From Pseudodesulfovibrio mercurii (lineage in GTDB: Bacteria; Desulfobacterota; Desulfovibrionia; Desulfovibrionales; Desulfovibrionaceae), in the NCBI RefSeq assembly GCF_000189295.2, contig NC_016803.1, forward strand, positions 3,510,001 through 3,542,000: a stretch of DNA of 32,000 bases, in the 5' to 3' direction. A program made the translations under genes and the position numbers. This document shows, in pieces, positions 15,230 to 25,500 of the stretch. Positions within the stretch are counted from its first letter, which is position 1. Each line of letters begins with the position of its first letter. Below the pieces are notes generated by a model, which saw only the letters and a program-made list of their open reading frames with translations, had not been told where the DNA came from and did not search any database.

Positions 15230-16078
15230 TTACGCAGCCTGGCCTATGGAAATCACCTGCTTCTTGCGGATGTGTCTCTTTCGGGGCCAAGTGCTCATTC
15301 TCCACGAGTCGGTTTGGTGTAGCCCAACGATGTGGGTGTTAAGCGCCTGGTACCAGGCCAGATAGTAGGCAATGTCGCCTGGCCGGAGGCCTCTGCTTCC
15401 CAAGCCCATAGCCTCGCGGATGGGATTGGGGTCGATTTCACGCGCCTCGTATCTGCCTGCGATGCCTCTGACCGTTTCGTCCTGTAGAGAACGGATGATT
15501 CCCATAGTCCAGCCTGTCGGAAGGTTTAGGCTTGCTGCTGTGTCTGCGAGGCTGTGTGCCAGTAACTGGTGGGTGTGGGCTGCGTATTCGGCCCCGCAGC
15601 CTACACAGTCCTGCTTCATGACCGTTATGGCAGATCCTACAGACTCCCAGTAACCTCGATCCGCGCGGCTGACGGCAACTTCAACAGGGAAGTGACCCCA
15701 TCGTGTAAAGTCCTCGATGACGTACTGTGCGATGCCATGGCTGATGCTCAGGGCGATTGCGTTGGGCTGATACACGCCGAGCTGATTAAGGGCTATGCAC
15801 GTTGGCACGACGGAGTTAACCATCGCCTCCTCGAGCTTGGAGTTGATACGGGGAAGGAGCACATGAGCGACTGCGGCAGCTGCAGCCGAGTGAGCCCCTC
15901 CTTCTGCCCATGCTTCCTTGACGATTTCCTGATCGAGGCCATCCATGTTGTTGGCGGCTTGGGCCGCGACGTTGCCGTATCTCCTATACGCCTTGATCAG
16001 GGCGTTACGCTTAGGGGCATCGCTTTCTGAGATGTCGTCAATATCCCCCATCATGCCCACTTTTAATATCTCTTTCAT
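15230..16078 (-). CDS. hypothetical protein (282 aa)
   Basis: ATG 16078 (MKEILKVGMMGD...) is preceded by AAGAGG. The 83-codon upstream extension in the track is low-complexity and lacks an SD. No family recognised. Confidence 0.6.
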   Translation of the reverse strand: MKEILKVGMMGDIDDISESDAPKRNALIKAYRRYGNVAAQAANNMDGLDQEIVKEAWAEGGAHSAAAAAVAHVLLPRINSKLEEAMVNSVVPTCIALNQLGVYQPNAIALSISHGIAQYVIEDFTRWGHFPVEVAVSRADRGYWESVGSAITVMKQDCVGCGAEYAAHTHQLLAHSLADTAASLNLPTGWTMGIIRSLQDETVRGIAGRYEAREIDPNPIREAMGLGSRGLRPGDIAYYLAWYQALNTHIVGLHQTDSWRMSTWPRKRHIRKKQVISIGQAA

Positions 16079-16514
16079 TTTGTACCTCTTGTTGTGTTTT
16101 TCGTTTTTAATATGCTCACCGCTGTTGTGTGACTGATTATTCGATATTTTGGTCTTTGCCGGTTCCTCCCTGCGCTGTTTTCGTTTTTGACTTTGATCAC
16201 GGTAAAACCCGCGGATTTTTTTCGACGCTTCTCGGTAACTGCAGTTTTGGGAGACGGGAGGGGAGCGCTCAAAATTTTCCCTGCCGCCATTATTATGAAT
16301 ATAGGGTAAACAGAGACAAATGATCACATCGCTCAGAGTTAGTAGATAGTAGCTTTAGCGGATTCCTCTCCATCGGCGTTATTTTTTGAACACTATGCTC
16401 ATGTGCTTGGTAGGAATCTTAGTTGGATGAAAGTCTTCGCGTCGGGGTGTACGAAACCTAAAGGGCGAGATAATGACGTCTCCTTAGATCTCAAGCTAAA
16501 ACAAGGAGATGAGT

Positions 16515-16946
16515 ATGGATCATGTCGAAAAAGCGATGAGGATCGTGGAAGCGCAGGCTGGGGTCAGGCCCATGACTGCCGACGAGGCGTGTCAGATGGT
16601 CAAGAATCTCAGCGACGGCCTGCGCGAGCTGGCTAACGGGGAGGCCGCGCCGACCCGGCAGGAGCCGCCCGTCGACCCCAAGCGGGCGATCAGGAACAAG
16701 TCCATTGTGTGCCTGGAGTGCGGACGGACCTTCAAGACCCTTTCGAAGAGGCACCTGGAGTCGCACGGGCTGACGCCCGACGAGTACCGGGCCAAGTGGG
16801 GATACAAGAAGCGGACTCCGCTTTCCTGCCGGGAGACGGCCAAGGCCCGCTCAGAGCGCATGAAGGAGATGAAGCTCTGGACGCGGACGGGCAAGAAACC
16901 TGACGACAAGAAGAAGCCCGCGAAGGCCGCAGGCAAGGATGCCTAA
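16515..16946 (+). CDS. MucR/Ros-family zinc-finger transcriptional regulator
   Basis: CLECGRTFKTLSKRHLESHGLTPDEYRAKWGY is the Ros/MucR C2H2-type signature. AAGGAG lies 6 nt upstream of ATG 16515, whereas ATG 16509 abuts the SD. Confidence 0.85.
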   Translation: MDHVEKAMRIVEAQAGVRPMTADEACQMVKNLSDGLRELANGEAAPTRQEPPVDPKRAIRNKSIVCLECGRTFKTLSKRHLESHGLTPDEYRAKWGYKKRTPLSCRETAKARSERMKEMKLWTRTGKKPDDKKKPAKAAGKDA

Positions 16947-16950
16947 ATTG

Positions 16951-16986
16951 GAAGGCCCGCCGTGATCACGGCGGGCCTTCTCTTTG
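16951..16986 (+). terminator. rho-independent terminator after the MucR gene
   Basis: GAAGGCCCGCCG-TGATCA-CGGCGGGCCTTC followed by TCTTTG. Confidence 0.75.
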
Positions 16987-17081
16987 CCAGGGACCGGGCA
17001 GGGGCACGTTGGCTCCTCGACCGGTCATGGTTCACCAACTTTTTGAGAATACGCGCCCAGGCGGCGCGGCAGGAGCGATAT

Positions 17082-17408
17082 ATGACGAGCAAGGCCAAGG
17101 GGCTGATCCCCAGGATGCCCCGGCTTTATGAGACCGAGGACACGCCCGCCGAGGAGAAACTGATCTGGATTCATTTCTTCATGGGCGAGTCCCACTGGTA
17201 TGCCGCCGAGTTCGACGGGAAGGATACCTTTTTTGGCTACGCCATCCTGAACGGCGACATGCAGAACGCGGAGTGGGGGTATTTTTCGCTGTCGGAGCTG
17301 ACTGAGCTTCGGGTGGGGCCGTTCGTGGTTTGCATCGAGGACGGCTGGCAGGTGCGGGAGTTCACGGAGATCATGACTGAACGGCACAGGGAGGCTCTGC
17401 ATGGCTGA
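17082..17408 (+). CDS. DUF2958-family protein
   Basis: MPRLYETED....KLIWIHFF.GESHWYAAEFDG.DTFFGYAILNGD.QNAEWGYFSLSEL matches the DUF2958 consensus as I recall it. ATG 17082 is preceded by AGGAGCG, and the longer track ORF runs through the MucR terminator. Confidence 0.75.
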   Translation: MTSKAKGLIPRMPRLYETEDTPAEEKLIWIHFFMGESHWYAAEFDGKDTFFGYAILNGDMQNAEWGYFSLSELTELRVGPFVVCIEDGWQVREFTEIMTERHREALHG

Positions 17409-17709
17409 GGGATGGAGGAAGCACGAGTCTCAAATGCCCAGGCTGGGCGAATCCGAGGGCGTCCTCTTCGAGGACAAGGAGATATGGCTTCACTTCTTCC
17501 GTCTTGACTCGGACTCCCATTGGATGGCGACGGAGGCTAATGGAAAGGGGCTTTACTTCGGGTACGTCGTCCAAGACGGCGACTTCGAAAACGCCAAGTG
17601 GGGGTACTTCACCCTTGCTGAGATAGCGATGGTGCCGGGGCTGTTGGTTCTGTGCAGGAAGACGGTGAAGCGGTTTGTGGACGTTATCGCGGAAGTGATG
17701 GCGGGATAG
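17401..17709 (+). CDS. DUF2958-family protein (second, tandem copy)
   Basis: MPRLGESEGVLFEDKEIWLHFF..DSHWMATEANGKGLYFGYVVQDGDFENAKWGYFTLAEI. The gene overlaps the upstream gene by 8 nt (ATGGCTGA), suggesting translational coupling. Confidence 0.75.
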   Translation: MAEGWRKHESQMPRLGESEGVLFEDKEIWLHFFRLDSDSHWMATEANGKGLYFGYVVQDGDFENAKWGYFTLAEIAMVPGLLVLCRKTVKRFVDVIAEVMAG

Positions 17710-17732
17710 GAATCACATTGCCTCGCAAATTG

Positions 17733-18587
17733 TTAGCCTTCCATCGTATTCGCAGTCTGAATCGCTTTTAAATTCATCCCGTTAGGACTCTTCCAACAGG
17801 TCCTGCCATTCGAGCTTCTTCCTAGAATAACGCCAGCAGCGGTACTTGGTGATGAGAAAATATAGTCTTCGGTGAACACATAGTGCCCATTCCGACCTTC
17901 AAGTACGCCTTTTTTGACTAGATCAGTCCTTAAATTGGTGAGGTATTGGTGGATGGAGGGGACTTCTTCAGTTACAGCTTCGGAGCCTTTAAGAACAACG
18001 AACCCTCTACTTGTTTCGTAGCCTTTAGCTTTGATGCCTTTGGCTTTGATGTGAAGCAGTTCCCTTGCCCCTCTGGTTTGATCCGGCTTCTCAAAAACGG
18101 ACAGTCCTATCAGCGGGAAAACTTTGAGCATGTCCTGGATGAAGCTTTCCATGTCGGCCACATCTGCCTCAGAGAGAGTCGGCTTACTTGAGTCATTGGA
18201 ATTATCCAGATTGCACTGCTTGGCATCTTTCGCCAACTTGATGAGGCGGCTTTCCAGGTACTTCACATGGGCTTTGTTGAGGCTCTGGTTGCTGGTGACA
18301 AAATGCACACCCCAGGTCCAAAAATCCTTTTTGACATAGTGGCTGTCCAGCCGAGGACGTACTGGATCGCCTTCGCCGATGTAGATCGTCGGCAGACTGC
18401 TTTCTTCTGAAGTCCCGACGAGCACATAGACGCCCGTACGTTGGAACTCTTCCCGCTTGAGGGCATCTTTGTAGCCGGAGCGTGAAAAGACCACTCCCAA
18501 GCCAGTCCAGTTGGACTTTTCAATCAACCGCAGACCGTCAGGGTCACCATCGGGAAGGAACATACGTATGGAATAGGGGATCGACAT
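17733..18587 (-). CDS. GIY-YIG-like nuclease domain protein with DUF4357-type C-terminal domain
   Basis: GVYVLVG....PTIYIGEG is GIY-YIG-like. The C-terminal segment FSSPSTAAGVILGRSSNGRTCWK resembles DUF4357. The gene starts 18 nt after the hsdM stop, on the same strand. Confidence 0.65.
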   Translation of the reverse strand: MSIPYSIRMFLPDGDPDGLRLIEKSNWTGLGVVFSRSGYKDALKREEFQRTGVYVLVGTSEESSLPTIYIGEGDPVRPRLDSHYVKKDFWTWGVHFVTSNQSLNKAHVKYLESRLIKLAKDAKQCNLDNSNDSSKPTLSEADVADMESFIQDMLKVFPLIGLSVFEKPDQTRGARELLHIKAKGIKAKGYETSRGFVVLKGSEAVTEEVPSIHQYLTNLRTDLVKKGVLEGRNGHYVFTEDYIFSSPSTAAGVILGRSSNGRTCWKSPNGMNLKAIQTANTMEG

Positions 18588-18605
18588 AAGAAGCTCCGGT
18601 CATGC

Positions 18606-20228
18606 TTACGGTAAAAGCGGCAGGCCCAGTTCCTTAAGAAACCCGTTGTGTTTTTCCTTGGCCGCCTTGGCCGCCTTCTCCGCCTCGACGAGTTTGTCGT
18701 GGGTCGCCTTCAGGTCGATCTCTGGTTCCTGCTCGGCCGTGCTGACATAGCGCGAGATATTCAGGTTATAGTCGTTGTCTCTGATTTCTTTCAGCCCAAC
18801 GCTCCGGGCGTACCGTTCAATCTTCTCTGGCCGCTGCTGGTAGGTATCGATGATCTTGTCGATGTGCTCGGCGTTCAGATAGTTTTGCCGCTTTCCTTTT
18901 TCGAAATGCTCGGCAGCGTTTATGATCAGGACATCATCGGGTTTCTTGCATTTTTTGAGTACGAGGATACACACGGGAATACCCGTCGAGTAGAACAGGT
19001 TCGCCGGTAGTCCAATAACCGTATCGATGTGTCCGTCTTCGAGCAGTTTCCGACGAATCGCGGCCTCTTTGCCTCCACGAAACAGGACGCCGTGTGGCAG
19101 GATGATCGCCATCACGCCTTCATCCTTGAGGTAGTGAAACCCATGCAGGAGAAAGGCGAAGTCGGCTGCGCTCTTAGGTGCCAGCCCGTAGTTCTTGAAC
19201 CGCATATCTTCACCGAGAGCCTCATTCGGTTCCCAGCGGTAGCTGAATGGGGGATTGGCTACTACCGCATCGAACGTCGGCTTCTTTGCGGGGTTTTGTT
19301 CGCGGAGCTTGTCCCAGTCGTTGGTCAACGTGTCGCCGTGAAAAATCTCGAATTCGGAATCCTTCACCCCGTGCAGCAGCATGTTCATGCGGCAAAGGTT
19401 GTAGGTCGTGATGTTTTTTTCCTGTCCGTAGATCATACCGACGCTGCCACCGGCATTGACCATTTTGTGACGGACGTTCAGCAACAGCGACCCCGACCCG
19501 CAGGCAAAATCCATCACGCTTGCCAGCTTTTTTCGGGGGCCAGTCTTGGGATCTTGGCCGTCGAGAGTGACGATGGCGGACAATATGTCGCTGATACGCT
19601 GGGGCGTATAAAATTCCCCCGCCTTTTTGCCTGACCCTGCGGCGAACTGGCCGATTAAGTACTCGTAGGCATCGCCCAGCGTGTCGGAATCGGTCGTAAA
19701 ATCCGCAAGTCCATCGGCGATTTTGGTGATGATCGTGCAAAGTTTGTCATTGCGGTTCTGATAGGTCTTACCCAGTTTCTCCGAGCCGAGGTTGATTTCG
19801 GAAAACAGCCCGGAGAAGGTGCTTTCGAACGACTCGTTCTCGATGTACTTGAAACCTTCCTGCAATGTGTTCAGCAGTTCATCGTTCTGTGTCTTGGCCA
19901 TGTAGGCGATATTCGTCCACAAGTGGTCCGGCTTGATGACGTAATGGGCCTTGCGGCGCATCTGTTTTTCAAATGCGGCTATATCGCCGGGATTATTGTC
20001 GTACCACACCGACAGGGGGGTGCGGCCTCCGTTATCCACCGCATTCGGGTCGGGATAATCCTTCCCTAACTCCTTCTTTGCCGCTTGCTCGTAATTGTCT
20101 GAGAGATAGCGCAGGAACAGGAATGCGAGCATGTAATCACGGAAATCGTCCGCGTTCATCGCGCCGCGCAGCTGGTCGGCGATGTCCCAGAGTATTTGGC
20201 CGAGTCGTTTCTGGTTGCTTTCAGTCAT
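18606..20228 (-). CDS. hsdM: type I restriction-modification system methyltransferase subunit
   Basis: HsdM N-terminal domain (LWDIADQLRG...FLRYLS), SAM motif I DFACGSGSLLL, catalytic motif IV NPPF (VVANPPFSYRW). The gene shares a 4-nt ATGA overlap with the upstream gene. Confidence 0.95.
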   Translation of the reverse strand: MTESNQKRLGQILWDIADQLRGAMNADDFRDYMLAFLFLRYLSDNYEQAAKKELGKDYPDPNAVDNGGRTPLSVWYDNNPGDIAAFEKQMRRKAHYVIKPDHLWTNIAYMAKTQNDELLNTLQEGFKYIENESFESTFSGLFSEINLGSEKLGKTYQNRNDKLCTIITKIADGLADFTTDSDTLGDAYEYLIGQFAAGSGKKAGEFYTPQRISDILSAIVTLDGQDPKTGPRKKLASVMDFACGSGSLLLNVRHKMVNAGGSVGMIYGQEKNITTYNLCRMNMLLHGVKDSEFEIFHGDTLTNDWDKLREQNPAKKPTFDAVVANPPFSYRWEPNEALGEDMRFKNYGLAPKSAADFAFLLHGFHYLKDEGVMAIILPHGVLFRGGKEAAIRRKLLEDGHIDTVIGLPANLFYSTGIPVCILVLKKCKKPDDVLIINAAEHFEKGKRQNYLNAEHIDKIIDTYQQRPEKIERYARSVGLKEIRDNDYNLNISRYVSTAEQEPEIDLKATHDKLVEAEKAAKAAKEKHNGFLKELGLPLLP

Positions 20229-21364
20229 ATAGTCTCTTCCGTGTCGGTTTCATTGAATAATATCGGATTAAACGGGTAGCGCTCGAGGAACTCGTGCAGG
20301 ATGGTGCGAAAATGCTCCTTATTCTCCTCCATCATCTCGCGCGGCTCATAGAGCGAGTAATTGCCGTGACTCAGCAGGTTGACGATTCGAGTATGCAGAA
20401 CGCCGTCGATATCGTCATCGTGTCGTTTGATGCAGTCGGAGAAATTTGCATAGCCGTGAAAACTGGCCGTTTTCTCCATGATCGCGCGGAGCATGTTGAA
20501 GTGGTGCGTGTAGATGTTCCCGCTGCGCTCCGCCTCGTATAGCTCGGCCAGCGCGGCCACGTGATGGAAGAACGGCGTGTCTCCGGTGTTATGGAGAAGA
20601 TACCCCGGTGCTGATCGATTTTGAGCCAGAAAAAAACGGTTTGGGTTCTTTTTCCTCGGCTTCAATTCATTGCATAGCACGTTGAAAAATAAAGTGTGGT
20701 GAGTTGAAATAACTGTCTTTAACGTACTATCCGCTCTCTTGAGCGTCCTCGCCAGATGGGTCGCCACAGCGATGGCGTTCTGTTCATCCAGTGACGAAAT
20801 CGGGTCATCGATGTAGATGTATTTCACCCAGCTGTAGGCTTCGGCTCCGTCAAGAGCAAGCTGGACAATGGCGAGGAAGAAGCACCAGATGAAGATGTTT
20901 TCTTCGCCGCGCGACACCTTGATATTGTCAACGGTGTCGATTCTGGCGTCTTCGCCTTCGCCGGTCGTGACAGTGCGAGAGAAGCGTATCTTCCATTCAT
21001 CCGTGTCGATTCGAAAATCGAAATCCGCGTAGCGGTCGAGCAATGGGCGGATGCGGTTGTCCATCTCCAGTTCTCCAAGGCCAGCGAAGAACTTGGAATC
21101 GGCGTTGAGCTTCAGTGTGCGCTCACTGTCCCCTTCCAGGTCATTATCCCAGGTGAATAGATCTTCAGTGAAGGCGTTGAAGTAGAGAGTGTCGTGTTTT
21201 CCCTCATTGTTATCGTCCTTGCCGAGGCTCTTGAACTCCGTGGACAGGCGCGTTTTCCCCGTACCGTTGTAGGCGTAGAGCAGGATGAACTTTTTCTTTT
21301 CCAACTCGCCGCGCATGTGTTTGGCCAGATCGGACAGATCGTTGAAGGGGACAGGTTCAGGCAT
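20225..21364 (-). CDS. prrC: PrrC-like protein: AAA_13/ABC-type ATPase N-domain plus C-terminal anticodon-nuclease-like domain
   Basis: Walker A YNGTGKTRLS, YFNAFTEDLF box, ABC-signature-like SRGEEN, Walker B IYIDDPISSLD. The C-terminal region carries R-x3-E (LRAIMEK) and NLLSH 36 residues later, which recalls the Arg-Glu-His triad of E. coli PrrC. It is embedded between hsdS and hsdM, and size (379 aa) and context match PrrC. Confidence 0.6.
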   Translation of the reverse strand: MPEPVPFNDLSDLAKHMRGELEKKKFILLYAYNGTGKTRLSTEFKSLGKDDNNEGKHDTLYFNAFTEDLFTWDNDLEGDSERTLKLNADSKFFAGLGELEMDNRIRPLLDRYADFDFRIDTDEWKIRFSRTVTTGEGEDARIDTVDNIKVSRGEENIFIWCFFLAIVQLALDGAEAYSWVKYIYIDDPISSLDEQNAIAVATHLARTLKRADSTLKTVISTHHTLFFNVLCNELKPRKKNPNRFFLAQNRSAPGYLLHNTGDTPFFHHVAALAELYEAERSGNIYTHHFNMLRAIMEKTASFHGYANFSDCIKRHDDDIDGVLHTRIVNLLSHGNYSLYEPREMMEENKEHFRTILHEFLERYPFNPILFNETDTEETI

Positions 21365-21367
21365 GAC

Positions 21368-22573
21368 CTACTGCTCCTCCGGCGCGGGGAAAAGCTGTTG
21401 CATTAGGCCGCGTTTGTGGGTCTTGAGGGCGTCGATCATTGCCTCCTGTGCGGCGATGCTGTCGTCTGTGGCGGTGAGACAGTCGGCAATCTTTTGTTGT
21501 TCTAAGCGCAGAGGCTTATAAACTATAAATGGTATTATGTGTTTGTTGTTGATTTGCGGGATTGTTGATGTGTCTGCAATCTGAGAAAGCCCAACACAAG
21601 AAAGATAGTAGAAAAGAAATTCCAATTCCGTCGCGTCGTGGGGGATAATCGCCATAAGATTTGTGTCAAACAGAATTCCAACCGATGTTATTCTAATTTT
21701 GTTCAACTCAATCGCTGCACCTCGTTTGGGGAACAAAAGCGCTCCCTCTGAAACAACACCTTTTGCATCATTGCAGTACTCTCTGCTATTGACTTGATAT
21801 TTCGTGCAGTTGTTCAAGTCCTCCACTTTAATAAAGGGGTATCTGCCATCGCTAGAAAGAGCATATTGGGATGGGCTCTTCCCGCTAGAAATGCTTACCA
21901 GATCACCGAGTTTGCATTTGCTCCAACCCGGTTTATTCCGAAATTCCGGGAAGCGAAGTCGGGGTTGAGTTTGGCCCTCTTGGGGGAAGAGTTGCTGCAT
22001 TAGGCCGCACTTGTGGTCACGTAGGACCTCTAACTTACTCACTTCGTTGGCGATGAATTCGTCCAGCGAACTGAGACAGTTGGCGATCTTTTTCTGCTCG
22101 GCTTCAACTTCTGGATAGAAGATTTGGGCACCCTTCAAAATGGAAAAGTGTCTCTTATAACTTTCCATCTCAAGCGGGTGGGCGCAGAGAAAGTGATACA
22201 AGAATTCAGTGCTGGGAGTACGCTTCGGCTTAAAAATCTTTATCCCATCGGCCCCTTGAGCAAACGGCCGATTGATCAATTTTAGTACACAAGTATGGTC
22301 TCCGAAAACAATTAGGGGCAAAGGATTGTCAATTAGTGTGTCAACATCATTCGTCCAACCGCATTGAACGTCAGGCGATTGATCAATGATAGGGAATCGA
22401 CCTTCGCGGAGGTATCGAGAAGTCTTGATTTTTTTGGGAGGCGAAACGATTTCGACTAAATCACCCAAAAAAGCTTCCTCCCAACCTGAATCGTTTCGAA
22501 ACTCCGGAAACCGCAGTTTCGGCATCAATGCGTGTTTGTTTTTTTCTCCCATCGTATCTGCCTTACTGCTCAT
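21368..22573 (-). CDS. hsdS: type I restriction-modification specificity subunit
   Basis: Two target-recognition domains are separated by duplicated conserved regions (LRFPEFRN..GW....LGDLV twice; LMQQLFP twice). The alternative start ATG 22552, preceded by TAAGG, would remove the 11-nt overlap with hsdR. Confidence 0.9.
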   Translation of the reverse strand: MSSKADTMGEKNKHALMPKLRFPEFRNDSGWEEAFLGDLVEIVSPPKKIKTSRYLREGRFPIIDQSPDVQCGWTNDVDTLIDNPLPLIVFGDHTCVLKLINRPFAQGADGIKIFKPKRTPSTEFLYHFLCAHPLEMESYKRHFSILKGAQIFYPEVEAEQKKIANCLSSLDEFIANEVSKLEVLRDHKCGLMQQLFPQEGQTQPRLRFPEFRNKPGWSKCKLGDLVSISSGKSPSQYALSSDGRYPFIKVEDLNNCTKYQVNSREYCNDAKGVVSEGALLFPKRGAAIELNKIRITSVGILFDTNLMAIIPHDATELEFLFYYLSCVGLSQIADTSTIPQINNKHIIPFIVYKPLRLEQQKIADCLTATDDSIAAQEAMIDALKTHKRGLMQQLFPAPEEQ

Positions 22574-25500
22574 ATGCGTTCAATCCGGAGATAGCCCGGC
22601 CGTCTGCGCGTTTTTTCAAAAGCGGTACCAGATCGTCCATCAGCGCCAGTTCTTTCTCGCGCCGTTCGCGCCAGCCCAGGTCGAGAGGTTCCAGGAGATC
22701 AGTGAGCTGTTCGCCGTCAAAAATCATACGGTCGAGGATGGCATCCACAAAGGTTTGCAGCGCTTCGTTCGTCAGCCCGTGCTTGTGGGCTATAGCTGCG
22801 AGTTCAGATGCGTGGCGTTCTCCTTTGAAGATTTGGTAGCCGACACGAACATCTTCTTCGGTAAGGGGTTTGCCGGTTTCGAGCGTCCGTACGTACTCCG
22901 TAATCTCGTCGAGTTCGCCCATGAACTTCGCGTCGGACCGAATGAGGCGAACGAGCTCTTCTCGTTTCATTTCCTGTTGACCCGGCGCCTGTCCGCTGAA
23001 GCGGGAGATAAGGCTCATGATGTAGTCATAATCAATGTCGGCGGAGGCGAAGAGGACGAACTCGAAATCGAGCTGGTCGATTACGTCCTGCGTGGCCCTG
23101 TCGCTGTCTCCGACTGTTGCACTGCCTCCTGCTTTGTCCTGCCTGGCTTTGAGGCGTTTGGCGGTTTCGAGGTAGACGCCACGGAAAGCCCGGGCATCGT
23201 CCTTGGGAAGGGCCTGCTCAATCTCCTTACGTTGCTCTTCAGTGAGGTCGGTGTACTGGTCAAGCTGAGTCGTAAGACGCTGAATCTCTTTAAACTGCTT
23301 GACAAAGGCGGCGCGGGCCTCGTCACCCTTGAGGTTGGGGACGGCTTCGGGACGCGGGTCGAGGCCTTGAGACTGGAGGAAGTCGTCGAGTTCCTGCTTG
23401 GCGGCCTTGAGTTGCTCTATGACCACGGGGGCCTCGTCGACCAGCCAGATTTCCCTCGCCTGTTCGGCCCTTGCGCCGGAGAACAGACGGATAGCTTCAT
23501 CGACCCTGTCCCGCTGCCCACGGAAGTCAAGGATGTGGCCGTAAGGCTTTGCCGAGTTAAGGACGCGGTTAGTGCGGGAAAATGCCTGGATCAGGCCGTG
23601 ATACCTGAGGTTCTTGTCGACGTAGAGGGTGTTCAGGTACTTAGAGTCAAAACCGGTCAGGAGCATGTCGACAACAATAGTGATGTCGATCTTTTCCGCG
23701 CCCTTTTTGGGGAGGTCTCGGTTGGGGAATTTCTGGTCCTTTATGCGCTGCTGGACGTCCTGGTAGTATGCGTCGAACTCGCCAATGGAATGATTCGTGC
23801 CATAGCTGGCGTTGTAGTCGGCGATGATGGCCTTGAGGGCTTCCTTTTTCTTTTCCGGCTCCTGCTGGTTATCTTCAAGCTCCTGGGGCAGGTCTTCCTG
23901 AAGCTGCTTGACGTCGGGATTGCCCTCTGCTGGCGGAGAGAAGACGGCGGCAACTCTGACCGGGACATAGTCTGTATCGGCTGCCTGGTGCTCGGCCTGA
24001 ATCTGCTTGAAAAGCTCGTAGTATTCGATGGCGTCGTTGATCGAGGCGGTGGCGAAGATCGCGTTGAAACGGCGCTCGCCGGTAGCCGCGTCGTGTTTGG
24101 CTAGGATTGCGTCGATAACGGCACGTTTGGCGACGGGGGTGCCGGGCTTGGGCAGGTTCTCTCCGTCAGGTTTGAAGTAGTCGACATGAAAACGAAGGAC
24201 GTTCTTGTCCTCGATGGCGTTGGTGATGGTGTAAGCAGGGAATTCGTTTTGAAAAAGGTCCTTGGTGGTGCGGAGCGTCTGGATATTTCCATCGATCTGC
24301 CGGGTAGTGGCGTTCTCGGGAAAGATCGGCGTGCCGGTGAAGCCGAAGAGCTGTGCCTTGGGGAAGAAATTTTTGATGGTCTGGTGGGTCTGGCCGAACT
24401 GAGAGCGGTGGCACTCATCGAAGATAAAAGCCATACGCTTGTCCCTGAGCGGTTCAAGGCGTTCCTTGAAGGTGGCCTTCCCATTCTTTTTGTCGGACTT
24501 GTTGTATTTGCTGGTTTCGTCGAGGGCGAGGCCAAGCTTCTGAATGGTCGTGACGATGACTTTGTCAGCATAGTCGTCGGAGATAAGGCGGCGTACAAGG
24601 GCGGCGGTGTTGGTGTTTTCCTCGACGCAGCCCTCCTGGAAGCGGTTGAACTCTTCGCGGGTCTGACGGTCGAGGTCTTTGCGGTCGACGACAAAGAGGC
24701 ACTTGTGGATGTCGGGATTGAGTTTGAGGAGCGTGGAGGCCTTGAAGGAGGTGAGGGTCTTGCCCGAGCCTGTGGTATGCCAGACATAGCCGTTCCCCCG
24801 GTTTTCACGGATGCTTTGGTCGATGTTCTTGACGGCGTATATCTGGTAGGGGCGCATCATGAGCATCTTCCGCTCTGATGCGACGAGGACCATGTAGCGG
24901 TTGATCGTCGTGGCAAGGGTGCACTTGGGCAGAAAGGACTCGGCGAAGTCACTCAGGTGTGTGATCTTGTTATTGTCTTCATCCGCGTGTTGGTAGATGG
25001 GCAGAAAACTTTCATCGGCGTCGAAAGCAAAATGGCGGTCGTTGTTGTTGGCGAAATAATAGGTCTCGGTCTGGTTGGAGACGATGAAGAGCTGAACGAA
25101 ACAGAGCAGGGTCTTGGTATAGCCGTTGCCGGGGTCTTTCTTGTAGTCCACTATCTGCTGCATGGCCCGGCGGGGGCTGATGCCGAGGGTCTTGAGTTCG
25201 ATCTGAACAACGGGGATGCCGTTGATCAGCAACATCACGTCGTAGCGTTGGAAGCTGTTGTCAGTGTTGATGCGGAGCTGGTTAACGACTTCGAAAGTGT
25301 TTTTGCACCAGTCCTTGATGTTCACGAGGGTGTAGTTGAGCGGGGTTCCGTCATCACGGGTAAAATCATTGATCTCGCGGAGCATGGTAGCGGCGGTGAA
25401 GACGTCGGGAGAGATAATTTCATCGAGGAGACGTTTGAATTCGCCGTCGGTGAGCTGGACGCGGTTGAGGGCCTGAAAATGCTCGCGAAAGTTGCTTTCA

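Noticed and set aside
16079-16327. 83-codon N-terminal extension of the 15230..16327 ORF
   Set aside because: It is low-complexity and basic and has no SD. ATG 16078 is preceded by AAGAGG.
16962-17081. Upstream extension of the first DUF2958 ORF
   Set aside because: The extension reads through the MucR terminator hairpin, and the internal ATG 17082 has a good SD (AGGAGCG).
22386-24104. 572-aa ORF antisense to hsdR/hsdS
   Set aside because: It has no motifs and overlaps two genes with clear type I R-M signatures on the other strand.
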